Positions 1 to 13,051 of a DNA stretch of 64,000 bases are shown in pieces (position 1 is the first letter of the stretch; every line of letters begins with the position of its first letter). Position numbers and translations under genes: made by a program. The DNA is from Felis catus (Eukaryota). The stretch lies in NCBI RefSeq assembly GCF_018350175.1, contig NC_058368.1:138138001-138202000 (forward strand). The letters run 5' to 3'. A model generated the notes under the pieces. It made no database searches and was not told the origin of the DNA. It was given only the letters and a program-made list of their open reading frames with translations.

Positions 1-1295
1 TAAGTTATAAAATTGTGTACCTTTGGAAAACTTGTAGCATTTGTCACTTGTGCTGTACTTGTGGGTAATCTCCACAGATTCAAGGTAGATCTTGTACTTT
101 ATGGTGTCAGAAATCTCCTTTCTCATTAGGAACGACATTTAAAATAATGAAATTTTCCTTTATTATATGAACAGTTCCTTACTGATGAAGCAGTAAGGGG
201 GGGCAGGCAGGCACCATGTGCTTTTGAAAATAGTCACATGAGTGTGATGACATTGCTTGCCCGTTTACAGCGCAGGCTTGGCCTCACAACCCCAAGATCA
301 AGAGCCGCAAGCCCCACTGAGCTGGCCAGCTGACCCCGAAGTGTAGTATTCTTCAGTGTTGATGAAACTGACCTGGGAAGTGACACTAGAAGCTCTTCCA
401 TTTCTCTTGGAATCCGCTTTTATGCCAGAACCCGTGGCAGGGATTGAGCCGATAACCGAACATACCTTGCTTCTCTTGGGCACATTGTACAGTGTGTCCC
501 CGTTAGTCTTTGTAGCTGAGTTCTTGACGGTGAAATGGTAGCTGCAGAGGTGGGTGCCCTGTTCAGGCCTGGACAGCTGTGATGATCCATATTCTTCTCT
601 CCTTTTGGCTGGAATAGAGAAGCTAACTTGGGATCCGTGGGTTGCAGGTGGCAGGGCCACACGGTGGTGGGAATGTGGGTCCCCGGAAGGCTATTTGGAA
701 GCAGTGTGTGCTTGGGGCTATTAGGTGAGCAGGAAATGTGCTTTTACTCTTTTACTCCAACCAGCCTTCAGGTTCTCCATGACAGTTACCTTCCGACTTA
801 GCCTCTGCCTTTGAGGAGCTGCAGCACCTCCCTTCATTTCATTCCTGTGTTTGGGGACAAAGCCCTGGTTTTTGCCAACAGATTTGCCTTTTTCTATGAC
901 TTACCTGTTGTGTTTGCTTCTCATTCACTCCATTCTCATTCTTTTGTCTTCCTTTATTAAAACACACACAAAACTTGCAAATCTTGCAGTTCACCACTCA
1001 GTTTCCATGCTCAGCCTTTCAAAGTCTCTTTGCCCAATCTGAAATAACTCCCTGGGCACTTGGAATTATTCTATTTTAAATTCTCTGTGTAGCACCCACA
1101 ATTTTTTGATTTTTTTTTTATTGTGTCTTCCCTGAAGACTCTAAACGTTGAGAGCAGGTGTTGGCTCCATGCACTACTGCCTCCCTTATTCCTCAAACAG
1201 TGTGTGCAATGTACTCTAATACAGACTTGATACATACTTGATGAATGAAGTATGAAACCATATCTTACTTTAGATAAGAAAAACGTGGGATATTA

Positions 1296-1504
1296 GGGGC
1301 GCCTGGGTGGCTCAGTTGGTTAAGCGTCCAACTTCGGCCAAGGTCACGATCTCATGGTTCATGGTTTCGAGCCCCGCGTCGGACTCTGTGCTGACAGCTC
1401 AGAGCCTGAAGCCGGCTTCGGATTCTGTGTCTCCCTCTCTCTCTGCCCCTCCACCACTCACGCTCTGTCTCTCTCTCTCAAAAATAAACATTAAAAAAAA
1501 AAAA
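1296..1504 (+). mobile_element. Can-SINE (felid SINEC type)
   Basis: ggggcgcctgggtggctcag tRNA-like head, (CT)n tract, aataaa and poly-A. No clear TSD. Confidence 0.95.
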
Positions 1505-1559
1505 GGATGTAATTTACAAACGAGCAAGAAGAATTACCTTTTTTGAGTTCATACTGTTG

Positions 1560-1750
1560 GCAGGTGCAGGCATTCATTATCTCCTTCCGCCCTCACTAAT
1601 TCCCAAAGAAGGAATATCTGCTGTTAATCTCGTTTTGCAGATGAGGAAAGGAATTGCTGTACAGAGAAGTTAAGCCACTTGTTTAAAGCTAAACAATGAT
1701 TAGTGGTAGAGGTAGGAAGGGGATCCAAGGTTGTCTGACCGCAGACCAGG
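1560..1750 (-). mobile_element. MIR-like SINE remnant (approximate)
   Basis: ttttgcagatgaggaa...agagaagttaagccacttg MIR core-like motif. Confidence 0.55.
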
Positions 1751-2559
1751 GCCCGGGTGCATCACCACCATGTTCTCCTGCCCTCATGATGTCACCGAGT
1801 GAAAATAAGGATGAAAGGAAAACAGTAAAATGGAGGCTTATATTTTGGGCGGAAGAAAAAGACTTGAAGGCAGGAAGGGCTAAGTACTATCAGAGAGGTT
1901 GACATGAGATGACTCGGAATTCAGAGGGTATATCCTGCCTTCAAGAGCTGCCTTACAGACTACATGGGGTCAGGTTGGGCAGAAGGGATCGGGGCAGAGT
2001 GCTCCCCAGTGACGGGAGGGTGTGAAGTGCTGGGAGTTTCACTTCACGGTCTTCAGAAAGAGGAACAAAACATTGCTGGGCAAATTGCTACTGGAATTTG
2101 TAAGTAAAAGAGAAATGGAGATTATAGTACCTATGACAAGGTTCCATAGAGTACAGATGGGGTAGTGATTGAGCATAGAGCATAGGTAACATTTCTTCGT
2201 ACTCTCGTGGCCTGTTGCTTGCACCACTTCCTATTCCGGAAAAAGTCAGATGCACAACTGAGATAGATTAATATCCTGGAGAAGGAGTGCCCTCTTAATC
2301 CCCTAGCAGACAATTCGAGCATCCAGTTCCTGAAGAATGCGGTAACTGATAGCCTGCCCAAGTCTGTTAGAGTGAACCATCTTAAGGATTAAAAATACTT
2401 CCAGTTTTTTGGTTTTTGTTTTTTAAGTTACTGTTTGCTGTACGTGAGAAGGACATTTTGAAGTAGAGGTTTATGTAGTATCTTTTTAATGGGGGTATAA
2501 TGCTTATTTTACCTTTCTGCTTTTAATTCTGGGAATCCTCTTGCTGCCATAAAGAGGAT

Positions 2560-2710
2560 TTGGCGATCACCGTAACTCGAGTCAAAGAATTTAGCCTTTT
2601 GGGCACGATATCTTCATCTGCAAAATGAAGGTACTGATACCAGACCACCAATCTCTCTGGTATTTTGAGAAAACGGGAAGAATGTGCCTGGCACGCAATA
2701 TTCAAAATAG
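2560..2710 (+). mobile_element. MIR-like SINE remnant (approximate)
   Basis: tcttcatctgcaaaatgaaggtactgatacc...tgtgcctggcac. Confidence 0.55.
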
Positions 2711-3078
2711 GTTATTTCAGCCGACCGAGAATACTAATAACATTGTTTTTAGTATGACTACATTAGCAGCTAGCCAGTTTAGTAAGTTCTCAAGTGTCAG
2801 GTGCTGGGCAAGGGTCATTAATACCCAATTGAGTTGAGTCTTACCTGCTAGGTGAATTGTGTTTTTATGTCCATTTTACAGCTGGGGTAGCTGAGGCTGC
2901 TGAGATTGGAGCTCAGGTCTAATTTAACTCTAGGTGCCTCATGCTCAACCTTTATATTCCTTCCACTAACACATCAGGATGTGGGTGGAGATCCTGACTG
3001 ATGTTTCTTGTCTACTTTTTCAGCCACATTGAGCCAGACACATGTTTTCCTAACTTCTGGGAAAGTTTTCACTACTCT

Positions 3079-3328
3079 TAAAGTTTATTTTTTGAATTTA
3101 TTTTGAGAGAGAGGGAGGAGGGAGGGGGGAAGGGAGAGAGAGAAAGAAAGAGAGGAAGAGAAAGGGGGAGGATCAGAGAGAGAGAGAGAGGGAGAGAGAG
3201 AATCCCAAGCAGGCTCTGAGCCGTCAGCACAGAACCCAATGCAGGGCTCGAACTCAGAAACTGCAAGATCATGAACTGAGCTGAAATCAAGAGTTGGACG
3301 CTTAACTCACTGAACCACCCAGGAGCCC
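3079..3328 (-). mobile_element. Can-SINE (older subfamily)
   Basis: Poly-T, (GA)n and reverse complement of the SINE head. Confidence 0.9.
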
Positions 3329-3439
3329 TTTCAGTGTTCTTTAGAAATTACGGAACAGTAGAGGACTGTGGGAGAGGCTATATCCCAAGAAAGCCCAACC
3401 TCTCTGGTGTCCTTTCTGGTGTATCTACCTCTGCCCTGT

Positions 3440-3870
3440 AGATAAATGTTGATATGATTGTGTCACTCTGCTGCTCAAAATCCTGCCCCCTGCCCCAGTG
3501 ATTTCCCATCCCTCAGGCCCTCCATGAGCTGGCCTTCATGTCCGGCTTCCTCTCTGGTCCTGTTCACCCCCTCAAGTTTTGACAGCCTGGCCACAGTAAA
3601 CTCTTGCTTCCCAAGGAACCATTCTGTAGCCAGTCTTCATGCTTTCCCTTGACCAAGTCCCATCCCTCCTCTGGGGGGAGGACTTTGCCAGCATCCTGTG
3701 GTGTACCTGGAGACTCCTCCCAGCTGTACAGAGTCCCTGGCAGTAATTTATGTGGTGTTGAAGCTTTTCTCTGCCCCTGAGGCTGTGAGCTCTCTGAAGT
3801 TAGGGTCAGGTCTTGTTCTCTTATTACCCTCTGTGCCTGGCACAATTCAGGGATTTGTTGAATGAAGGGA
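3440..3870 (+). mobile_element. L2-like LINE 3' remnant (approximate)
   Basis: tgtcactctgctgctcaaaa...tgtgagctctctga...tgcctggcaca...atttgttgaatgaa, typical of the L2 3' end. Confidence 0.55.
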
Positions 3871-3937
3871 GAAGAAAGCATAAAATCATTTAAATGTGGT
3901 CATAATATTCATTCTTCTTGAACACAGATCTTTTCTT

Positions 3938-4148
3938 TTAAAAAAAATTTTTTTTAACATTTATTTTTGAGACAGAGACAGAGCATGAATGGGTGAGGGT
4001 CAGAGAGAGGGAGACACAGAATCTGAAACAAGCTCCAGGCTCTGAGCTGTCAGCACAGAGCCCGACGCGGGGCTTGAACTCACGGACCGCGAGATCATGA
4101 CCTGAGCCGAAGTCGTTCGTTCAACAGACTGAGCCACCCAGGCGTCCC
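3938..4148 (-). mobile_element. Can-SINE with TSD acagatcttttctt
   Basis: Full SINE body; direct repeat on both sides. Confidence 0.95.
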
Positions 4149-4179
4149 AACAGATCTTTTCTTCTAAGTATTCAAAGTA

Positions 4180-4420
4180 CAGTAAAACCTTGATTTGCAA
4201 GCATAATTTTTTCTAGAAACATGCTTGTAATCCAAAGCACTTGTATATCAAAGCGAATTTTAAGTACCATTGGCCCAGTTGTGATCATGTGATGTTTGGC
4301 GTCACCTACTACTTGTATTGCAAGACACCGCTCATTAATCAAGTTGAAATTTATTAGAAAGATTTCTTCATCTTGCGGAACACTTGTGGAACAAGTTAAT
4401 TGCAATCCAGGGTTTTACTG
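4180..4420. mobile_element. Tc1/mariner (Tigger-like) non-autonomous DNA transposon (MITE)
   Basis: Terminal inverted repeats cagtaaaaccttgatttgca / tgcaatccagggttttactg, flanked by TA at 4178-4179 and 4421-4422. Confidence 0.85.
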
Positions 4421-4559
4421 TATATTCATGTGTAATTTAAGACTGCATTAAGTTAGGTGTGGTGAGGCTGTTGGAGTCCGTCAACAAGGGGCCAGCTCTT
4501 CCAGAAGCCCCACCGAGGCAGGATGTGGCAGGAGTTAGGAAGCAAGCAGAGCCTATCTG

Positions 4560-4750
4560 GCAGAGATGGGCTTGAGTCCTAGTTTATCCCTGAACTTCCA
4601 GATCGCTGTGGTCAGAGTACTTTACCTCTCAAAGCCTCAGTTTCCTCCACCATGAAGATGATGGTTTCTATCTTGAAGAATGATTATAAGGACTTAATGA
4701 GATAATTAGTATGGTGTCTGATACATTCACGTGCACAGTACTATTAAGAC
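4560..4750 (+). mobile_element. MIR-like remnant (approximate)
   Basis: acctctcaaagcctcagtttcctc...aggacttaatgagataa. Confidence 0.6.
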
Positions 4751-5201
4751 GCAAAGAGTGTTTTGCCATGTTTTTATCCTTATGGGTTACTAAGCAACCT
4801 CATTTAATAAGTTGATAGATACTGTTGTTTTCACATTGAATTTCCAGGTTAGGATGCGAGAAATTTTCTATTCAGCGTGAGATAAAACAAAGTTGGACTC
4901 TTTCTGGAAGTTACTTTAGTAACCTCTCTAAGAGGGCTTTGTCAGTGGTGAAATATCTGCACATAGGTACCTTTCATAATAAGGTTTGTGAAACATTTAT
5001 ATCGGTCAACTAAAGGTTTATAGTTGGTCTTATCACAAAAGTTTATATACTATAGAAGTTAGGGTTAGAGGATGATCAAAACTATTTTGTGTTTACATTG
5101 AAAAGCCTTCTGACCACAACCCCAGTTTGATCATTTGATGTAAGTTGCTAATAAAGTCCAAGGGAGAGATAAATGGAAGCTCTGTCTCTTTCTGTCCGTC
5201 C

Positions 5202-5239
5202 CCATCCATCCATCCATCCATCCATCCATCCATCCATCC
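5202..5239. repeat. (CCAT)n tetranucleotide microsatellite, about 9 units
   Basis: Seen directly. Confidence 0.95.
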
Positions 5240-5579
5240 GCCCGTGTATCTGTAAGAAATGGAAGGAAGAGCCTTGAACTACAGGCCAGCTCTTCCACAA
5301 GAATCCCTATGGTATAATAACTACCCACTTTCTGACATTGGTAAGTATCCATTTCTGCACTTGTGGCTCCCAAATCATCTCAGTGGCTCAGGGTCGCTAA
5401 AGGTGCTACAGTTGGTGATAAGCAGTGCTGAATAGAAGATGTGGTTTCCTGGGAAACTGATGCATTCGCCTCTTCTTAGCAGCGAAAATCCTATGAAGAG
5501 CCTCTGTGATATGGCAGAAAATGCCTGGTAGTTTCTTGCCTGGTGTCTGCAGTGGGCCTCTCTGATTTCACCCTTGTTC

Positions 5580-6100
5580 CATTATGGTCTCATCTCAACA
5601 AAGCAGCCAGAGGGATCCTTTTGGAGTGAAACTTAGATCTTGTCACCTTTTACACAGAGTTCTGCAATGGTTTCCCACTGGAGTTGACTCCTATGTCCTT
5701 AAGACAGCTTTACTTGTTCCTGACCTTGCCTCCTGTTCCTCGCCTCTTCTGCTTCAACCGCCATGTTCCCTATCTCAAACAATCCAGGCACATGTCATTT
5801 TAGGGCCTTTGCCCTTTCAGTCTCTGAACATGAAATTCTCTTTCACCTCTACATGGTTCACTCTGAGTTTATTCAGGTCTCCGATAGAACATCAGCTCAC
5901 TGGGGGCATTTTCCTACTTTCCCATTTAAGATATCTCTTTACCCTACCTTACTTTTCTGAGCTCTTGCAAATCCCTTGCATATCAGACATTCGATTATTT
6001 CCTGTCTCTGTCTCCACTAGAATGATAGTGAAGGCAGGTAGTTTGTTGTAACCACAGCTGTACCATGCAGTAGATCTCTTCAATGGATGAATGTATGGGG
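5580..6100 (+). mobile_element. L2-like remnant (approximate)
   Basis: cagccagagggatcctttt...agatcttgtcac...agggcctttgc...tctccactagaatg...aaggcagg. Confidence 0.55.
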
Positions 6101-6789
6101 AAACATGGTGGTTGGTTCTGCCTCCCTTGTGAACTATGGACACACCATTCCCTCACCTTCTGTGTCATTGGGGGTTGTGATGGTCAAATGGGACAGCATA
6201 TACAGAAGTGCCTTATGAACAGTGATCACTAAGAAAATGCAAGGTGTTATTCTTACCCCTTTAATTACATACTTAGATTAATTACATACTTAGGCTTTGG
6301 GATTGGTTCTTTGTGTTGGTTGCTACAGATGTTCAGGTCTTGCTGGGCGATGTGCTGAATTAGGAAGAAAGAATGGATTCCAATTGACTTTTGGCTGAAC
6401 GTTGCCTTTGGTGAAGCCAATATTTGGCAGCTTTGTATGTAGGTCCTATTTTTCACTGGCAGAGAACTCTGACCAGTTGACCTGAAGATACAGAGAAACT
6501 GCAAAGTATGGGGCTAAAAAGGACAAGGCCAGAAAAATGGGCTCCTGTGTTCTAAAGCCACTGTCAATTCTAAAGTGGGACTGGGAATGGGAAAGGAATC
6601 GCTTAGTGTGCCCTCTCCTCCCAACACTGCTGTGTATGACACAGGAGAGATGGACTTACGGCGGGGGGTGTGTGGCCATTAATTGGACGTGGGTAGTTTG
6701 GAAAAGCACATTCTGTGATGTGTCACAAGGAGACACTTCCCATGGTGCGTCTTTTGCCCTCAGTTCTTTTTTTCTTTTGTAATCTCAAA

Positions 6790-7210
6790 TCAATTTTATT
6801 TAATATACAGTGTTTTATTAGTTTCAGGTAGAAGTACGATGAGTCAACAATTCTATGTGTTACTCAGTGCCCATCCTGATAAGTGCACTCTTAATCCCCT
6901 TCACCTATTTTTCCCTTGGACCTACCTCCCCTCTGGCAACCACCAGTTGTCTATATTTAACAGTCTGTTTTGTTTCTTTCTTCTTTTTTTATTTGTTCGT
7001 TTGTTTTTTCAAATTCCACATGTAAGTGAAATCCTATGGTATTTGTTTTTCTCCGACTGACCTACTGCGCTTAGCACTCCATCCTCTAGGTCCGTCCATG
7101 TTGTTGCAAATGGGAAGAACTCATTTTCAAAAAATTTAAAATTCCAGTGTACTTAGCATATGTTGTTATATTAGTTTCAGGTGCATGAGATAGTGATTCA
7201 CCAGTTCCAT
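6790..7210 (-). mobile_element. L1 3' end fragment(s), carnivore type
   Basis: attccacatgtaagtgaaatcctatggtatttg...ctctaggtccgtccatgttgttgcaaatgg is antisense L1 ORF2 end/3'UTR. Confidence 0.85.
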
Positions 7211-8602
7211 GAATGGAAGTGCCCTCAGTTCTTGATTTTGATCAAATGAAATATTCTTTGCAAGCATCAAAATTCAGCTCTTGCCTGCCCACCCCCTTCC
7301 TTTTTACCCAAGGTGTTTCCAGATTGCAGTTCCTGGTAGGGTGGATATATCTCTCTTCTTGTTTTCCTGTATTTTCCATCTTGCCCCTTTTCTGCTTCAG
7401 TTAAAGCGTTAGTTGCTTTGTTCTTCTAGCCCTTTCTCCTCTTGCCATTGCCATCACTCCCCAGCCCGTTGCTGCTGCTGTTTTCTTCTTTCCCTCCCCA
7501 CTGAGCCCTCATCCTTTTCTTTTCGTTCATTGCCTCCCACACCCTCTTCTGGAGCTAGGGCTATATGGGGTTTTTGGGGGCTCTTTCCTCATGGCCCTGT
7601 GTCCTCAGTTTCTGTGGCTTCATGTTTGCCATGCTGCGGCTCGGCCGGCTTTTACCTGCGCTTGTTCCCATTCAAGCAGGAGAAGAGTAAAGAGGAGAGG
7701 CGCGGGTCCTGGCCTCATGGTGTGTACTTTGACAGAGGGGATGAGAATGGAGGAAGAGAAGAGGCAACAGCGTGAGGAGAGATGGATGTTGTGCAGTGAG
7801 CTTTGGGGAACTTGGACAGCGTTGATTGATTCTGCTCCTGACTCGTTTCCATAAAAGCCTTTCTTTCCGAGTTCCTGGAGGAGGAGCACGGGGTGAGGTA
7901 GTAAATCTTCCAACTAGTGGCTTGGAGCACGTGAAAAGCATTGGATGGAGGGTGAAGACCTGGCCCCCTGCCCTGGGTCTGCAATGCGGTGGGACCCGGA
8001 ACAAGGCACCTGCTGGTACGGCGTTCAGTTTCCTCACCTTGAAGTCAGATATTTATCAGATGAGCTCTGAGGCTTCTTAGAGCCCTGTATTTTGTAAATT
8101 TCTGAATCCTTACTTCTCTGCGCAGGCATTCCTGATTCTTGTATCTTTGTGCTAGTCATTACTTGGTAGGACAATCAGTACTGTTGTTTAAGAATGGCCT
8201 CTGTGTGTGTGTGTGCATGTGTGTGCATTTGCATGTCGTTGGTAGAGAGTAGAATTTGTGTTCTGGCACAGATGCTGGTCAGATGAGGAGGAGAAAGGGC
8301 ACTGTTCCATTCTTTTGTACCCTCATAAGAGGGACTTCCTGTGGAATGCCGGAGCTACGTGTTCTACCCTGAAATAAGAATACGGACCGTTGTGTCCCTG
8401 TTCTTTGCCCAGGAGTTATCAATTCACGGAAACTTAGGGTTCTTTGTATCGCTGATAGTCTTGGTTTTGGTTTGGCACATTCAGTGCTGTCTGTGGACGC
8501 ACACTGACTTTCACATGAGATCTGGTTTGACATACATTTGTAGGCCTCAAGCATTGAAAAATAACCAAATGATATTATTGTCTGCTTAAGTTCAACCCAC
8601 AT

Positions 8603-8772
8603 CTTCGGCTCAGGTCATGATCTCACGGTTCGTGGGTTCGAGCCCCACGTCAGGCTCTGTGCCGACACCTCAGAGCCTGGAGCCTGCTTCGGATTGTGTC
8701 CCTCTCTCTCTGCCCCTCACCTGTGCACATTCTCTCTCTCTTTCTCTCAAAAGTAAATAAACTTAAAAAAAA
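8603..8772 (+). mobile_element. 5'-truncated Can-SINE
   Basis: Begins at cttcggctcaggtcatg; has (CT)n and A-tail. Confidence 0.9.
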
Positions 8773-8804
8773 TTTTCTTTTTTTAAGTCACCTGGGGGCG
8801 GAGG

Positions 8805-9019
8805 GGGGGAACCTGGGTGGCTCAGTCACTTAAGTGTCTGACTTCGGCTCAGGTCATGATCTCACAGTTCATGAGTTTGAGCCCCGCATCGGGCTCTGTG
8901 CTGACAGCTCAGAGCCTGGAGCCTTCTTCGGATTCTGTGTCTCCCTCTCTCTCTGCCCCTTCCCTGCTCATGCTGTCTCTTTTTCTCTCTCAAAAATAAA
9001 TAAACCACACACAAAAAAA
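8805..9019 (+). mobile_element. Can-SINE
   Basis: Head, body, (CT)n and A-rich tail. Confidence 0.93.
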
Positions 9020-9212
9020 TGAAAGTTCCCCATAATACATTGGGAAGAAAAGTGTTTTCCTTTGGGGGAAAAATTTTTTCCTTTGAGGAAAAAAAATGGT
9101 TTTCCTTCAGGAAAAAAGTTTTAATGTCGTCTGTTTAGTGTCTGTAAGGCACCTCTGACTCTAGGATCCCCTCTGGTGGTCTATATTGGAAGATCAAGTT
9201 CCCCCACCCTCA

Positions 9213-9263
9213 TTTTCTTTTTTATTTTTTTATTTTTTCTATTTTTAAAGGTTTATCTATTTT

Positions 9264-9307
<44 letters not shown>

Positions 9308-9476
9308 CTAGCTCACCACATATGAGTGGGGGAGGTGCACAGAGAGGGAGACGGAGAATCCCAAGTAGGCTCTGCATTGTCAGCACAGAGCTCGACAAGG
9401 TGCTTGAACTCCTGAACCATGAGATCATGACCTGAGCTGAAGTCGGTCACTTAACCGACTGAGCCACCCAGGCGCC
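9213..9476 (-). mobile_element. Can-SINE
   Basis: Poly-T, (GA)n and reverse complement head. Confidence 0.93.
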
Positions 9477-9861
9477 TTATGGGGAACTTTAATATACAAA
9501 ATGGACATAACTTCTTTATTATAAATGTATTCTTCAAATATAAATATATTAAATTTATTAATTCACTGAGAACAGTGACTTAGCCTGGCAGTTCAGGTCC
9601 TTTCCAGTGTATTAAAATTTGGTAATTAATACATTTAAGCAAACGAAAGGTTTTTAGATTTAAAAATAATTAGAAACCTATTTTCCACAGTGAAATTTAA
9701 ACGGGATGCTTGTGAACTCTCACCGTGTCTGTTAGTCTCTGTTAGAATCCATAGTTCCCTGATCTCAGTTTGAAAACTGCTAAGGTAGAGAATGAAAATG
9801 AATTAACCATCAACCCAAGGAGCTAGGAAACTGAACCAAAAGAATAAGGGAGCAATTAGAT

Positions 9862-10033
9862 TTTTTTTTTTTTTTAATTTGAGGGAGGGGAGGGGCAGAG
9901 ACAGAGAGAGAGAGAGAGAATCTTAAACACGCTGAGTGTGGAGCCAGATGTGGGATTCAATCCCACAGCCCTGGGATCATGACCTGAACCAAAGTCAAGA
10001 GTCGAGAGCTCAACTGACTGAGCCACCCAGGCC
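9862..10033 (-). mobile_element. Can-SINE (older, shorter subfamily)
   Basis: gggatcatgacctgaaccaaagtcaagagtc...tgagccacccagg. Confidence 0.85.
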
Positions 10034-10055
10034 ACACCAAGTGAGAGATTAATTT

Positions 10056-10057
<2 letters not shown>

Positions 10058-10105
<48 letters not shown>
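10058..10105. repeat. (AC)n microsatellite, about 24 units
   Basis: Seen directly. Confidence 0.97.
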
Positions 10106-10107
<2 letters not shown>

Positions 10108-10814
10108 CAAAATACCACTTGTCTAGACCCACGTATTCTTTTCATACTAAAGCTGTTAATCTAGAACTCTATACCAGGTATCATAGATTCTAGATTTGCA
10201 AGACTAGATCAGTCCTTATTTAGCTCTGTACTCTATTACAATGCATAAAGAAGCAAAACAAAAACAAACAAGCCCTGCATTCTGGTTGTGCTTATTCCTT
10301 AAGCTAACGCAATCTTTGTCATCTTTGGACATCTGTGGTCCCGACAAGGCTCTCCCTGTAGAACTGAACTCTGTGCCCTGTCCTTCCCTCCATTGTTCTG
10401 TGCTTTCCCCCTTGGGGCCTGCAGAACATGTCAGAGCCCCTGTCTGCATGAGAGACCCTCAGATATTTGTAACAGTGAACATGTAACCATGATTCTTCTC
10501 TTCTTTGGCAAAACAGTCCCAGTTCCTTCAATTGTTCTTCATATGACAACATGGTTTCTCTGTCCCTTTGGCATCCTTGTCCTTTTCCTCTGAATGTATT
10601 GTCAGTTTTGTCTATATTTAAGTATTCCATGGCCCACGTATGTCTGATGGAGAGCAGAGCCAGACCATACCCATTTAGTGGAGTTGTTACATTTTCATCC
10701 ATGCAGGGTAGGGTAGAGTTAGCATTTTTGGGTGGTGGTCTCAGTGATAAGTCACGCTTAGTTAATTAGTGAAAATCCTAACACATGTCCAGTTAAACTG
10801 CAATTTACTTCATT

Positions 10815-11035
10815 ATTATTTTTTTTATTTTTTTAATGTTTGTTTATTTCTGAGAGAGAGAGAGCAAACACAACTGGGAGAGGGGCAGAGAGAGAGAGAG
10901 ACCCAGAATCCGAAGCAGGTTCCAGGCTCTGAGCTGTCAGCACAGAGCCGGACACGGGTCTCGGACCCATGAACCATGGGATCATGACCTGAGCCATAGT
11001 CGGATGCTTAGCCAACTGAGCCACCCAGGCATCCC
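10815..11035 (-). mobile_element. Can-SINE
   Basis: Full antisense SINE body. Confidence 0.93.
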
Positions 11036-11252
11036 TCCTTCATTTCTTGTTTATGCACTGGCTTGTTTTGGAACCAAGCACAGGACCTTTCTTCCTCAAG
11101 AATTACTGGGATGATATAAGAGTAGATGTTACACCTAGAATTTTCTTACACCTAAGCCAGTACATTTCCTGCTATGGTCTGCTTGAAGTGTCGTAAATAT
11201 ATTCAGTTTCTAGGAATGCTTTGTTTTCATACATCTGTGAGTAAGTCAGTCT

Positions 11253-11460
11253 TTTTTTATTCTATTTTTTATTAAAAATTTTTTTTAATGTTTATTTTTG
11301 GGGGGTGGGGGAGTAGCAGAGAGAGGGAGACACAGAATCTGAAGCAGGCTCCAGGCCCTGAACTATCAGCACAGAGCCGGACGTGAGGCTTGAACTCAGA
11401 GAGAAATCATGACCTGGGCCGAATTCAGATGCTTAAGTGAATGAACCACCCAGATGCCCC
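11253..11460 (-). mobile_element. Can-SINE
   Basis: Antisense SINE body. Confidence 0.9.
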
Positions 11461-11749
11461 AAGTTAGTGATTTTAAAAGGAAGCAAACTAAGGAGGTTTT
11501 TAAAGCCTACTTCGGTTTTTTTCTTGAGGAATTTGGAGTAATTTACTGACCCCTGTCATGAATTTTGGTTTCTTACTCAATTTAGCTTTGATACAGAAAC
11601 AAAGGCTATTTCACTTCTGTAGTGGTAAATCATTACATCAAGTGTGAAAATCATGGAGAATTGTTGACTTGTGTGTTTATATTTACCTGACTTTATTGCA
11701 GAGGTATGAAAAATGGGTGGCTTTTAAATATTAACATACACATTTAATT

Positions 11750-13030
11750 TATGGTAATTATTCCTTTTAGTAAATAACTGTTAAGTATGTAATTCAGATC
11801 TTTTAAATACTTGACAGTTTTTTTTTGTCTTTGTGTTCTATCAGCTGCTGAGAGAGACATGGTGAAGTCTAACATTGTGATTATGGATTGGTCCAGCTCT
11901 TGGGCTTGTTAATTTCTTTTTTTTATACAGATTTAATAGTATGATAACTTACTTTTCAACTGAAGATGATACAGACTTCCTCTTTCCAAGTCTTACTATG
12001 TCTTTAAAAATCTACTTTTTCTGATACTATTTTGGCCATACTAGCTTTCTTTCAGTTGGTACATCTTTTTACCTTTTTTTTTTAATGTTTGTTTATTTTT
12101 GAGAAAGAGAGAAAGAGCGTGAGCAAGGGAGGAGCAGAGAGAGGGAGACACAGAATCCGAAGCAGGTTCCAGGCTCTGAGCTGTCAGCACAGAGCCTGAC
12201 GTGGGACTTGAATTCATAAACCACAAGATCATGACCTGAGCCAAAGTCGGAAGCTTAACCGGCTGAGCCACCCAAGCGCACCTATCTTTGTACTTTTAAA
12301 CTTTCTGTGTTATTTTTATTTTTGAGTTAAAAGATTCCCTTCTGACCGTGTTAGTTCTTATTTGGATCAGTTCATTTACACTTAATATACTTGCTGGTAT
12401 ATTTGGATTTATATCCTATAACCATCTATTTGACATGCGTTTTTGTTTCTCCCATCTTTCTGATTAATAAAATATTTTCTAATTGAGTTTTTCTTTTATA
12501 ACTTGTTACTTATATGTTTTTATACTAATGTTTACTTGCAACTTAAAACATGTATGTTTGACATGAGCATAATAAGCTATTACTTTTAACATTTGCCCCA
12601 AACTGGTAGATACTTGAATTCCATTTACCTTTCACATTATTGTCGACAGACATAGTTCCACAAATACTATAAACACCGTGACATGGTTACTGTTTGGTGC
12701 ATTAGATACTCATTATATCTACTATTTGATATCTCCTTTTGGGTGTCTGTTTGTTTCAGATCCTTTTATTTCTGCTTGAATAATTCCCTTTAGTATTTCT
12801 TTCAGGGCTGACCTGCTGGTGATGAATTCCTCAGTATTTGCCTGAAACATTTTAATTTCAGCTTCATTTTTAAGAATGTTTGATGGGCATAGAATTTTAG
12901 GACATCCATTATTTTCTTTCATCACTTGAAAGATACCATTCTGTTTTCTGACTTCCATAACTTGTCTGAGTGGTTCTTTTCTTTCTGGAATTTTAACGCA
13001 TTTTGTCCTTTTTTCCATAGTTCTCTGATG
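11750..13030 (-). mobile_element. Old L1 remnant (ORF1 C-terminus and start of ORF2), interrupted by a SINE
   Basis: ORF 12722..13018(-) reads IFQVMKENNGCPKILCPSNILKNEAEIKMF...EFITSRSALKEILKGIIQAE, resembling the L1 ORF1p C-terminal domain. Confidence 0.8.
12073..12281 (-). mobile_element. Can-SINE
   Basis: Antisense SINE body. Confidence 0.93.
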
Positions 13031-13051
13031 CCTTTAAGAATAGGACTTTGT

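Noticed and set aside
298..660. 120-aa minus-strand ORF (MALPPATHG...) with overlapping ORFs
   Set aside because: Non-ATG start, no recognisable domain, and no exon structure I can support. Likely a chance ORF in intron.
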